From Pedobacter sp. (lineage in GTDB: Bacteria; Desulfobacterota; Desulfuromonadia; Desulfuromonadales; Syntrophotaleaceae), in contig JBFWJC010000007.1 in assembly GCA_050253415.1 (NCBI GenBank), positions 32,001 to 96,000 on the forward strand: DNA of 64,000 nucleotides. Reading direction: 5' to 3'. The notes beneath the pieces were generated by a model. It was not told where the DNA came from, ran no database searches, and worked only from the letters and a program-made list of their open reading frames with translations. Both the position numbers and the translations under genes were made by a program. Position 1 is the first letter of the stretch, and each line of letters opens with the position of its first letter. Shown piece after piece: positions 52,117-61,262 of the stretch.

Positions 52117-53448
52117 TTACGGCATCGGCATCTCTCCACGACAGGAGATCAACTGGCAAACCTTCGCAGCCAATGACCCCGGCGCAGTCTCAATGAATTC
52201 ATACGATACCTGCATGATGGGCTTTTCGATATGCAGCAACCTCCCTAAATCGACTGGAGTGGCTGATAAAATAAGGTCGCATGGCACATCATTCAAGGTA
52301 CGCTTGAGATCATTCAACTGAGATTTGGAATAGCCCATGGCCGGCACGATAAAGTCGATATGCGGATAATCGGTATAGACCTGCGCCAAACTGCCAGCAG
52401 CATAAGGCCGAGGATCAACTATCTCGGCGGCTCCAAAACGCCGGGCAGCAACAACTCCCGCCCCAAAGGCCATATCTCCATGCGTCACGGTCGGCCCATC
52501 CTCCACGACCAGCACACGTTGACCGGCTACAGCAAGAGGCTTTTCCACCGTTACGTCGAGGTCGCCCTGAATAATCTGCGTGCCCGGAACCGTTTGTTGG
52601 AGATTTTGCCGGACAAGCCGGAGATTTTCGTCGGGCACCCCGGATAACTTGCTGATAATAATGACATGAGATCGCAGTAAATTGACATAGCCCGGATAAT
52701 AAGATAATTCATCGCCGGCGCGCAGCGGATCAACCAGCACAATTTCCAGATCGGGCCTGAAAAACGGCGTATCGTTGTTGCCTCCATCCCAGATCAGGAT
52801 ATCCCCTGTTTTTTCAGCCATAGCCAAAACCGCTTCATAATCAACCCCGGCGAACAAAGGAATGCCCAGGCGCAGCAGCGGTTCGTATTCCTCGCGTTCT
52901 TCCAGAGTTGATCCGTACCGATCAAGATCCTGCAAATTCAAAAAACACTGTACCGCGTGTTCTTCAAGCTGACCGTAAGCCATAGGGTGTCGCACAACCA
53001 CCGGCTTGCGGCCCTCTTTGAGCAATGCCTGACAAATATACCGTGTAACGGCACTCTTGCCACAACCGGTGCGCACCGCACATACAGAAACTACGGGCAA
53101 TGCCGCCTTGAGCATCGTCCGCTCCGAACCAACAAGATGAAAATCACACCCTGTAGCTAAAACCCGGGATGCCAGATCCATAATTCTGCTGTGGGATATG
53201 TCACTGTAGGAGAAAACCGCTGCATCGATCTTGAGTCGACGCACCATCTCATCCAGACCGTTATCGTCAACAATCGGTATGCCTTCGGGGTACAGGGGCC
53301 CTGCCAGACAAGGCGGATATCTACGCCCCACCTGAAAAGGGATCTGCGAGGCCGTAAAGGCAACCACCTCCACATCCCTGCGGTGGCGATATAACAGATT
53401 GAAGTTATGAAAATCGCGCCCGCCTGCTCCCAGGATCAATACTCGCAT
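52117..53448 (-). CDS. P-loop ATPase of the cyclic-2,3-diphosphoglycerate-synthetase-like / arginine synthetase (ArcE) family
   Basis: GAGGRDFHNFN, VAFTASQIP, AVRTGCGKS, RHPMAYG, EEREEYEP, WDGGNND, EDGPTVTHG, PAMGY. Confidence 0.8.
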   Translation of the reverse strand: MRVLILGAGGRDFHNFNLLYRHRRDVEVVAFTASQIPFQVGRRYPPCLAGPLYPEGIPIVDDNGLDEMVRRLKIDAAVFSYSDISHSRIMDLASRVLATGCDFHLVGSERTMLKAALPVVSVCAVRTGCGKSAVTRYICQALLKEGRKPVVVRHPMAYGQLEEHAVQCFLNLQDLDRYGSTLEEREEYEPLLRLGIPLFAGVDYEAVLAMAEKTGDILIWDGGNNDTPFFRPDLEIVLVDPLRAGDELSYYPGYVNLLRSHVIIISKLSGVPDENLRLVRQNLQQTVPGTQIIQGDLDVTVEKPLAVAGQRVLVVEDGPTVTHGDMAFGAGVVAARRFGAAEIVDPRPYAAGSLAQVYTDYPHIDFIVPAMGYSKSQLNDLKRTLNDVPCDLILSATPVDLGRLLHIEKPIMQVSYEFIETAPGSLAAKVCQLISCRGEMPMP

Positions 53449-53466
53449 AAGCCCCCTTCATCACAT

Positions 53467-54957
53467 TCAGGACATATCTATCTGGGCCCTCTGCAACTTC
53501 CCGCTGAAATCGCGATATACCACTTTGATCCGTGAAAAAAAGTCGATGGCTCCCATGCGCCCGCCGGCTTCCGGATGACCGGAACCCGAATGTTTGAAAC
53601 CTCCGAAAGGCAGTTGAATCTCGGCACCGATAGTACTGGCATTGATATAGACCAACCCTGTATCAATGTCTCTTTCTGCGCGCGCAGCGAGATTGATATC
53701 GCGCGTATAAATGGCAGCGGAAAGCCCAAAACGACTCTGGTTGATCATCGCCACGCCCTGATCGTAGGAAGCGCACTTCATAACGGCCACCACAGGTCCG
53801 AAAATTTCCTCCCGGGCAATACGCATAGTCGGCTTAACCTCCGAAAAAACCGTAGGCTCGACAAAAAATCCTTCTCCCAGCGAGCCTTGCTCCGCCTGTT
53901 TGCCGCCACAGTGTAAGTGCGCCCCTTCATCCTGCCCGATGCGTATGTAGTTCAAAACCTTGCTTACCGCCCGGCGGTTTATCAAAGGGCCGACATCGGT
54001 ATCTTTTCCAAGGCCATTACCCAGGCGCAATGCCTTGGCAGCTTTTACCAGGCGTTCAAGAAAATCATCATAAACCTGTTCATGCACAATGATGCGACTC
54101 GAGGCGGTACATCGCTGGCCGGTCGTACCGAAAGCCCCCCACAAAACCCCCTCAAGAGCCAAATCGAGATCGGCATCCTCCATAATCAGGATGGCATTTT
54201 TCCCCCCCATTTCCATGGCAATCGGACGGTGCAATTCCGCAACGCTACATGCCATGGCTTCGCCGACCGAGCAGGATCCGGTAAAAGAGACGCCCTGAAC
54301 ATCCGGATGCTTTACAAGTTCGGCCCCAACCGTTTCACCTGATCCCGTAATAACATTCAACACTCCGGCCGGCAAACCGGCCTCCTGCAGGACCTCTGCA
54401 AAACGCACAGCACATAGGGGAGCATCGGAAGAAGGCTTGAGAACGACCGTGTTACCGCAAATAAGCGAAGCAAAAATTTTCCAGGAAGGGATGGCTATGG
54501 GGAAATTCCAGGGCGTAATAAGAGCAAATACCCCCCACGGGACCCGTATCGACTTGGCATCCTTGTTCGGCAACTCGCAGGGGACAGTCTCCCCCTGTAA
54601 CCGCCGTCCTTCACCGGCCATGAAATATCCCATGTCGATAGCTTCTTGTACATCGCCCAAACCTTCAGCCAGCACCTTGCCCATCTCAAGCGTTACCAAC
54701 CGACCAAGCTCGTCCTTGCGACGGGTAAGAATTTCCGCAGCACGAAACAGTATCTCGCCACGCTTCGGCGCTGGCATGTCTCGCCAACCGGGAAAGGCTT
54801 GCTTGGCTGCCGCTACCGCAAGATCAACATCGACTTTGCCACTTAACGGATAACGAGCGACAACCTCGATATCATGAGCCGGATTTACACTTTGTCCATA
54901 ATCGCCAGTCGATGGAGGAACCCATTGACCGCCAATCAAATTTTGAATTGTGGTCAT
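53467..54957 (-). CDS. NAD(P)-dependent aldehyde dehydrogenase
   Basis: ITPWNFP, FTGS, EMGGKNA, GQRCTA, EEIFGP, PFGG. Confidence 0.93.
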   Translation of the reverse strand: MTTIQNLIGGQWVPPSTGDYGQSVNPAHDIEVVARYPLSGKVDVDLAVAAAKQAFPGWRDMPAPKRGEILFRAAEILTRRKDELGRLVTLEMGKVLAEGLGDVQEAIDMGYFMAGEGRRLQGETVPCELPNKDAKSIRVPWGVFALITPWNFPIAIPSWKIFASLICGNTVVLKPSSDAPLCAVRFAEVLQEAGLPAGVLNVITGSGETVGAELVKHPDVQGVSFTGSCSVGEAMACSVAELHRPIAMEMGGKNAILIMEDADLDLALEGVLWGAFGTTGQRCTASSRIIVHEQVYDDFLERLVKAAKALRLGNGLGKDTDVGPLINRRAVSKVLNYIRIGQDEGAHLHCGGKQAEQGSLGEGFFVEPTVFSEVKPTMRIAREEIFGPVVAVMKCASYDQGVAMINQSRFGLSAAIYTRDINLAARAERDIDTGLVYINASTIGAEIQLPFGGFKHSGSGHPEAGGRMGAIDFFSRIKVVYRDFSGKLQRAQIDMS

Positions 54958-55398
54958 AATGAAAACTCCTGCTTAGTGGTGTCATTGGATAAAACTGGAT
55001 ATTTACAGTTCTTCTTACGGCCATATCCACTGCGATAAACACGATGATTGATGGGCAACCGAAACAATACTCACCTTCGACCACATTGTTTCCCCATATA
55101 AAAAGAAGCCATTTTCAGAGACGAGAAGGCCTTGTCATCGCAGCCCGCTGATCAAAACAACATGCTTGAAACAATCTGTTTCAGCCGCCGGGGATACACC
55201 GAACGCTTACCGTCCCAAGGATCGAAATTAGCTTTACCTTCAGCTTATCAGATGCCCCACCCCTTTCAAGACAGGGCCATCAAACCTGGAAAGACCAAAA
55301 CACCTTGAACGCCTCGGTTATTTAGGGCACTATAGTGAAGCTACAAAGATCCCTATCCATTTTTGCGCCGTCTGCGCCCTTTGTTTTGAGGAGCCTCT

Positions 55399-56190
55399 AT
55401 GGCCATAATCCATCCAACCGCAATTGTCGATTCATCCGTCAACCTGGCTGAAGATGTCGAGGTCGGTCCCAACGTCTTTATTGACGCCGATGTTTCCATC
55501 GGGTCAGGTACTCGCCTTATGCATGGAGCCCATGTCGCTCGTTGGACCACGTTGGGCAAAGGCAATCAGGTTTTCCCCTACGCCGTCATTGGACAGGCCC
55601 CGCAGGATATAGGATACCGGGGGGAAGAAGCGCACACAGTGATTGGCGACAACAATATTTTCCGTGAAGGCGTCACGGTACATCGAGGTAATCGCCAGAA
55701 CACCTCAACCATCATCGGCCACAACAATTTTTTCATGGTGAACAGCCACATTGCCCATAATTGTCGTATCGGCGATCACGTTATTCTGGTTAACGGAGCC
55801 TTGTTAGCCGGCCATGTCGAAGTCGGTAACCGTGCCATCATATCCGGGAACTGTCAGGTGCATCAGTTTGTGCGTATCGGCGAACTGGCTATGATGCGTG
55901 GTGGTTCTGGTGCCACAAAAGACGTCCCGCCATTCTGCATCAACGATGAGATGAGCTGGATTCGTGCTGTTAACCTTGTCGGCATGCGCCGTAGCGGGCT
56001 TGAATCCAAACGCATTCTTGCTGTCAAAAGAGCGTTCAAGTCTATTTTCCGTTCCGACAAACGCCTCGAAGACGTACTCAACGAATTGGATACAGCCCCA
56101 GAGACAACTCCTGAAGTACGCTTGATGATAGATTTCATCCGTTCCTCCAAACGTGGTATCGGATGTGGACGTAACAAATCCATGGATTGA
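55399..56190 (+). CDS. lpxA: UDP-N-acetylglucosamine acyltransferase
   Basis: IHPTAIV, hexapeptide repeats, PQD, HRG, SHIAHNC, LAGHV, VHQF, DVPPF. Confidence 0.9.
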   Translation: MAIIHPTAIVDSSVNLAEDVEVGPNVFIDADVSIGSGTRLMHGAHVARWTTLGKGNQVFPYAVIGQAPQDIGYRGEEAHTVIGDNNIFREGVTVHRGNRQNTSTIIGHNNFFMVNSHIAHNCRIGDHVILVNGALLAGHVEVGNRAIISGNCQVHQFVRIGELAMMRGGSGATKDVPPFCINDEMSWIRAVNLVGMRRSGLESKRILAVKRAFKSIFRSDKRLEDVLNELDTAPETTPEVRLMIDFIRSSKRGIGCGRNKSMD

Positions 56191-56281
56191 CTTCCCAGAG
56201 TCATCAGGATCTAAATTCACTCATATAAATACCGGAGGGGGCACCTTTCAAAAACCTTTCCCCGGATAGCTTTCACTGTAC

Positions 56282-56324
56282 AAAAAAAGGGATAGCAAAA
56301 GCGGTATGCTTTGCTATCCCTTTT
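56282..56324. terminator. Bidirectional terminator between convergent lpxA and DUF1456 genes
   Basis: AAAAAAAGGGATAGCAAA...TTTGCTATCCCTTTT. Confidence 0.85.
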
Positions 56325-56388
56325 ATGATTCAATCCTTCACCATACTAGATTGTTGCTGGCTACAGAATAAAGCTAAAACCCAACAAT

Positions 56389-56850
56389 TCACTCCGGCCG
56401 ATATTTTAACTGTAATCCTTGAAGGAAGTTGCGCAAAATTTGATCCTGGCAATCGCGGTAATGCCTGTGATCCGACTTTCTGAAAAATGCACTTAACTCA
56501 CTTTTACTTATACGAAAATTGGCCAAAGCCATAACTTCAATAATATCTTCGGCTTTGAGATTTAATGCTATTTTCAATTTCATAAAAATTATATTGTTTG
56601 TTAAACGTTTTTCCGGTTCGGGCTTGGAACCTTCTTTTTTACCGCGCCTATCGATAATCAAGCCATTCAAAAAAATCGCCAACTGAGTATCGTTGCACTT
56701 TTTATACGCAGGGTCATCCTCTTTTTTCAACCAATCGCTGATCTGTTCCCGCGTTACGGCATAATCAGCCACGCCGAATATTTCCACCATTTTCGCATCG
56801 CTATAGTCGAAAACATAGCGCACACGCCGCAAGATATCGTTATTTGTCAT
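56389..56850 (-). CDS. DUF1456 (YehS-like) protein
   Basis: MTNNDILRR, FLNGLIIDRRG, SELSAFFRK, DQILRNFLQGL. Confidence 0.85.
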   Translation of the reverse strand: MTNNDILRRVRYVFDYSDAKMVEIFGVADYAVTREQISDWLKKEDDPAYKKCNDTQLAIFLNGLIIDRRGKKEGSKPEPEKRLTNNIIFMKLKIALNLKAEDIIEVMALANFRISKSELSAFFRKSDHRHYRDCQDQILRNFLQGLQLKYRPE

Positions 56851-57521
56851 AATGTAATACTCTCTACTTTTCGAAAAAGACTGATAAAAATCAACGTGAA
56901 TCGACAAACAAATAAAAAGTCAAACAACTCAGTATGCAATAAAAAGAGGTTTACCTACGCCATAGTAACCACTGAATTTATTAATTTCATTATAGAGATT
57001 AAACCTACGCTACCCATTGTGTAAAGGCGATCTTTCCTTATCACACAATAATCCAAGGCAAACGGCAAAGAGTCGACTCTCCATATTTTCCATTAATTTC
57101 AGTCAAGTTACAGCAACATGGTTTTGAATATCCTCATCCATGCACTTTACGCCACCACAAGCCCGCGGCGCATCAAAAAAACTCACCAACCTGCAAAGGC
57201 CATCCATCGACTGTTAACCGTGCCCTAACCTTTTTAAAGTCTATGCTTCCATACCCGGGACAAACCACGACGAGTGACAAACCCATTCATATATACGGAT
57301 CTCGTCCAAGGCTGTGAAGAGTGTTCGTCGAAAGCTGAATCATAACAACGGTCAAAAGCGAGGATAGATCAAAGGCAGAGCCTTCGCTATTTTAAATTCC
57401 AGAGAATAAGGTAACATTTTATCAACCTTAAATATGGCTGCGTCCCCCTCCGGCCCTTTCAGAAAACCCCAAAACCTTTGCCGGTTTGCCAGGGGAATTT
57501 TCCTTCATGGAGTTAGTGGCT

Positions 57522-58007
57522 ATGAAGCAACTAGACAAAAAAATCGTTGCCTATCATGAAGCCGGTCATGCTGTGGTTGGGTATCGATTCGGGCATCGAT
57601 TTGCCGATTTATCTATTTTTCCAATAAAAGATAAAGAGGGCTTTTGCCAATTTTTTTCGGGATTGAACAACCCAAAACATGCAGCGCTTGTTTTGTTGGC
57701 TGGACATTCAGCTGAAATACACCTTTGTCAAAATGGCCTAAAAAAACCATCAAGGTCAGACCACCGAAAAATTTGCCAACTCACCGGCTCTATGCCTACC
57801 GCCGAATTCAAAAAGCTTTTAAAGGAATCCGATGATCTTGTCGCTGCTAATTGGCATCAAATTCAAGCCGTTGCAGAAGGGCTTTTGGAAGCCGGTACGA
57901 TAAAAGGTGGCATGTTCGCTGAGATTATTGAAGCCGTGGACAATGGTGAGAACTGGCGACAATTACCGGCATGGATATCCCACTTGTCATCGGTTAGAGG
58001 TGGGTAA
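57522..58007 (+). CDS. Stand-alone FtsH/M41-like zinc metallopeptidase domain
   Basis: AYHEAGHA, LLAGHSAE, SRSD, AVAEGLLEAGTI; no AAA or TM domain. Confidence 0.65.
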   Translation: MKQLDKKIVAYHEAGHAVVGYRFGHRFADLSIFPIKDKEGFCQFFSGLNNPKHAALVLLAGHSAEIHLCQNGLKKPSRSDHRKICQLTGSMPTAEFKKLLKESDDLVAANWHQIQAVAEGLLEAGTIKGGMFAEIIEAVDNGENWRQLPAWISHLSSVRGG

Positions 58008-58280
58008 GCACCAACACCATATCAAGAATGATGCCACCTACCGCGACAAGACGGCTAACCTCCACCCAGACGGGATACATAGTGAACAATGAAGCTTCCT
58101 ACAAAGCATCCTACTCTGAAGGAGCGTTTTACGTTTAAGACCAGCAGGATGACACAGAATCCACGAACCACTGTAGGGGCATAAATAGGGAGCAAGACGG
58201 TCTCAACAACGAACCGAACTACATACCGGCGGATAATCTGTTTTCAGCACGTACATCTTAGAAATATGTGAACCACCGAC

Positions 58281-58447
58281 TGGTATGGCACTAGACGGGA
58301 ATGGACGGGAATGGGCAAGGATGCGTGGGAATGCAGTGTTTATGCGGGTTTGAAGGGGGATTGAATGATTTAGCATGGCGGGGTCAATATTCGCGTGGTT
58401 TGGCATCGTTTTGGATCCGTGTCTATAGTCGTCGGTTGGTTTGGCAC
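58281..58447 (+). repeat. Putative transposase end-binding sites
   Basis: TGGTATGGCAC 58281, TGATTTAGCAT 58366, TGGTTTGGCAT 58396, TGGTTTGGCAC 58437. Confidence 0.65.
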
Positions 58448-58575
58448 TGGCGTGCATTATATTTTTTATGGTTGTTTCAGGTGGGCCCTGGCTTTGATTG
58501 GGGCTTTTTTGCATCCGGGTGCTGGCTGCGGCAACGGGTGCTTTGGCCAGGCTGATCTGTAGCCTTAAGCTCTCA

Positions 58576-58935
58576 TTAATGGAAAAATCCAAAAAGGGGT
58601 GGCGGGCTGGTGATCAGGGGTGCCAACAGCATGGCAGCCAAGAGGATGTGACGTTTGAACTTTGATGATTTTATGGGTTGACCACAATGGGGGCATGATT
58701 TAGCGGCTTTTGCTACTATATGGCCGCAAGCCTTACAGTTGTTTGTATAGGGGGCGTCAGAACTTTTTGGTGATATTACACATTGATTGCCTATGGCAAA
58801 GGTGTTGTTATCTCCAACAATACAAATACCGAGAGGTTGTTGCTGATTTTGTGTGTCAGTGGGGGACTCTTCTTTCTCAACATCATTATTTAGTTGGCTT
58901 AACAAAGATTTTAAACGCTTACTGCGCTGAAACAT
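58576..58935 (-). CDS. Prophage zinc-ribbon protein with C-terminal hydrophobic segment
   Basis: CKAC...CPHCGQP; GGAGG RBS; directly downstream of the repressor. Confidence 0.65.
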   Translation of the reverse strand: MFQRSKRLKSLLSQLNNDVEKEESPTDTQNQQQPLGICIVGDNNTFAIGNQCVISPKSSDAPYTNNCKACGHIVAKAAKSCPHCGQPIKSSKFKRHILLAAMLLAPLITSPPPLFGFFH

Positions 58936-58943
58936 GAACCCTC

Positions 58944-59369
58944 CTATGAAGCTAACTTCACAATCCGAAGAACGTTTTTCTCTATCTCTTCGGACTTCAT
59001 TTCACCTTCCATAATTTCATCATGCAACAATAGAATCAGTTCGGCCTTTTTTTCTGGCGGCCATGGTTTGCTCAAACGAGCAAACACCTTTTCAATCTCA
59101 ACAATCACCTCCCACATTATTTTCTTATCTATAGGAAAGGTAGAAACATACTCCTCTTTGCAGCGCATCATCTCGCCATCTTCCAGCAATACCCAATTTA
59201 TGTTAAATCCTAGACGACCTAAACCTTCTAGGACATTCCCACCAGGTACACTCCCACCCTCCTCGTATATTTGCCAAGTGCGTGTAGCGATGCTTAAGGA
59301 CTTTGCCATATTTTTTTGGCTTAGCCCCGTCTCTTCACGAACTTTTTTTAGTCGTTCGGCTAGTGTCAT
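58944..59369 (-). CDS. Prophage repressor, XRE/Cro-type HTH
   Basis: LAERLKKVRE, SQKNMA, WQIYEEG, NINWVL; divergent from ner/transposase. Confidence 0.85.
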   Translation of the reverse strand: MTLAERLKKVREETGLSQKNMAKSLSIATRTWQIYEEGGSVPGGNVLEGLGRLGFNINWVLLEDGEMMRCKEEYVSTFPIDKKIMWEVIVEIEKVFARLSKPWPPEKKAELILLLHDEIMEGEMKSEEIEKNVLRIVKLAS

Positions 59370-59393
59370 ATGCTTTCCTGGCTGCCTAAATAC

Positions 59394-59528
59394 ATGTCCG
59401 TACTTGATGCTTGAGTATGGACATGAGTATGGACATAAGCAGAAACTTGTCTGTACTATAAAATAGTCCTTAATTACAGCTACTTAGGTGTAAAAATTTA
59501 AAATTTCAAAAAATTAGAGTATGGACGA
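59394..59528. repeat. Repeated AGTATGGAC-type motif between repressor and early genes
   Basis: GAGTATGGACAT at 59413 and 59425 (tandem), GAGTATGGACGA at 59517, inverted ATGTCCGTACT at 59394 and TTGTCTGTACT at 59447. Confidence 0.75.
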
Positions 59529-59539
59529 ACATTTTTTAG

Positions 59540-59568
59540 TTGACCGACTAATAATTATTAGTTATCTT
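59540..59568 (+). promoter_or_regulatory. Early promoter with palindromic operator
   Basis: TTGACC-17 bp-TATCTT; spacer holds perfect palindrome ACTAATAATTATTAGT (59547-59562). Confidence 0.7.
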
Positions 59569-59623
59569 CTGTCTATGTCCATTTCATTTCTCGGAAACAG
59601 ACAGTCAAAAAAAGGAGGCTCTC

Positions 59624-60094
59624 ATGGCCTGTCCATTTCACTCTAAGCATCTCGGTCATTACGCCGTCGCGGTAGACGGTCAGGACAATTATCCGGCGGT
59701 TTTTTCGTGCCCACAATGCGCCCAAAAATGGGGGCAGCGTGAGCATGCCGGGCGGTTCAAGGTGGTGCCGGTGGCAGATCACTCCGGCCTGTCTGTCTCG
59801 ACAGGATCTTACCTCGCGGAGAACACTGCGCCAGGTTCAGCTGATCGCATTATCGCCCGGCTGCTCTTTGAGGCAAAAGGCAATATACGGTCAGCGTTTG
59901 AGCGGCTGGTAGCCGAGCACTCACTCGACGATCATCTCTGGTTTATTTTTCTTCACCAGGCCGCCGAGCATATCACTTCGGAATCTCCAGTCTCGCTTTC
60001 AAGTGAACCAGCGCCGCCTCGGCCTGAAGTCTCGAAAGATCATATTGAGCCGTCGGAGAGAACGAATCCACAGTGTCTTGCAGTGCGGTTATAA
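59624..60094 (+). CDS. Hypothetical prophage early protein
   Basis: AGGAGG RBS; first ORF after the early promoter; CPFH and CPQC motifs; 3' end overlaps an antisense ORF. Confidence 0.55.
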   Translation: MACPFHSKHLGHYAVAVDGQDNYPAVFSCPQCAQKWGQREHAGRFKVVPVADHSGLSVSTGSYLAENTAPGSADRIIARLLFEAKGNIRSAFERLVAEHSLDDHLWFIFLHQAAEHITSESPVSLSSEPAPPRPEVSKDHIEPSERTNPQCLAVRL

Positions 60095-60227
60095 GCGCCT
60101 GGACGGAGATCTCTCCGTCGCGCTCAATCAAAAACAAAACCTTATCACCAATGGCCTTTGTTTTGGTTTCGTCGGCCATTTTGAAACGGGACGCAACCAT
60201 TTGCTGAAACGCTTTTTTTTCATCCAT
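59973..60227 (-). CDS. Hypothetical prophage protein, counter-oriented
   Basis: AGGGGA RBS before ATG 60227; helical amphipathic sequence; fills gap before ner. Confidence 0.5.
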   Translation of the reverse strand: MDEKKAFQQMVASRFKMADETKTKAIGDKVLFLIERDGEISVQALITALQDTVDSFSPTAQYDLSRLQAEAALVHLKARLEIPK

Positions 60228-60252
60228 AGAGAATCCCCTGGAAGGATCAAAC

Positions 60253-60534
60253 ATGAACTGTGCAAAGAAACACACCCCTCAAACCGACTGGCACCCGGCG
60301 GACATCAAGGCCGCTCTGGCGAAAAAGGGCTTTACCTTTGCCCGGATCGCCCGGGAGCACGGTTATCGCTCCAACTCGCCGAATTCGGTGCTGTGGACCC
60401 GGTGGCGGCCGATGGAGCGGATCGTGGCCGACATCATCGGCGTGGCGCCGGAGGATATCTGGCCGAGCCGCTATGGGTCCGAGCCGCAACGCTTCATAAC
60501 TCGAAAAAAGAGTATCAAATCTACATTGAATTAA
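60253..60534 (+). CDS. ner: Ner/Nlp-family DNA-binding protein
   Basis: DWHPADIKAAL, ERIVADIIG, EDIWPSRY. Confidence 0.9.
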   Translation: MNCAKKHTPQTDWHPADIKAALAKKGFTFARIAREHGYRSNSPNSVLWTRWRPMERIVADIIGVAPEDIWPSRYGSEPQRFITRKKSIKSTLN

Positions 60535-60588
60535 CAATGACCAAAAGGAGGGGGTGCGGTTGACCTTGTTTCGTCTACGGAGGAGATC

Positions 60589-61062
60589 ATGGCCAGACAG
60601 AATACGGACCCCAATCAACTGAGCTTGCTGGATGTTTTGCGAAAAGAGGAGGAGCGGATGCTGCTGGGTTTGCGAGACGCGCCGGGGGCTTTGAACATGC
60701 GGTCGCTGGTGCGCAACGCGATGTACGAGGCGATCAAGGAGAGCCACCTTAGCCGCTGGGAGATCGCGGCCAAGATGAGCGAACTGACGGATCAGGAGAT
60801 CAGCAAGTTTATGCTGGACGCCTGGACCAGCGAGAGCAAGGAGGGGCATCGCTTCCCCCTGGAGTACGCTGCGGCTTTTTGCCGGGCAACGGGCAACTCC
60901 AAAGTGCTTGAGATCGTGTGTCAGCCGGTGGGGATGTTTGCTCTGGGCGGGCCGGATGCGCTGCGCAGCCAGAAGCAACAGCTTACCGAACAGATGTCTG
61001 AGATGCGGAAGAAGTCGGCGGAGATCGATCAGATGATCAAGGCATGGGAGAAGAAGAGATGA
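60589..61062 (+). CDS. Phage regulatory protein (HTH plus coiled coil)
   Basis: GGAGGAG RBS; LSRWEIAAKMSEL, MLDAWTSESKEGHRFP, FCRATG. Confidence 0.7.
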   Translation: MARQNTDPNQLSLLDVLRKEEERMLLGLRDAPGALNMRSLVRNAMYEAIKESHLSRWEIAAKMSELTDQEISKFMLDAWTSESKEGHRFPLEYAAAFCRATGNSKVLEIVCQPVGMFALGGPDALRSQKQQLTEQMSEMRKKSAEIDQMIKAWEKKR

Positions 61063-61105
61063 GGTTGCGGGGGATATCCCCTTGTTATCCCCCGCAGGAA
61101 GGGGG

Positions 61106-61246
61106 TCAGCGGCCTGTGGGTTTTTTATCCCTGGTCGTGATGCGACTGCCGTCTTCGCTGTTGGTCGCGATATCCAGCGTAGCCGGCGGAGTGGGCGGGG
61201 CCTGTGGTTTAGGGGCCTGGGCCTCGCCCTTGGTTTTATCAGCCAT
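61106..61246 (-). CDS. 46-aa proline-rich small protein
   Basis: GGAGGTG RBS; MADKTKGEAQAPKPQAPPTPPATLDIATNSEDGSRITTRDKKPTGR; below the ORF-track cutoff. Confidence 0.55.
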   Translation of the reverse strand: MADKTKGEAQAPKPQAPPTPPATLDIATNSEDGSRITTRDKKPTGR

Positions 61247-61262
61247 TAGAAATCACCTCCTT

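Noticed and set aside
57410..57460. Possible tRNA 3' remnant, dif site or transposase-associated end motif (AAATATGGCTGCGTCCCC)
   Set aside because: No cloverleaf, poor match to dif, single copy and no associated transposase in the window
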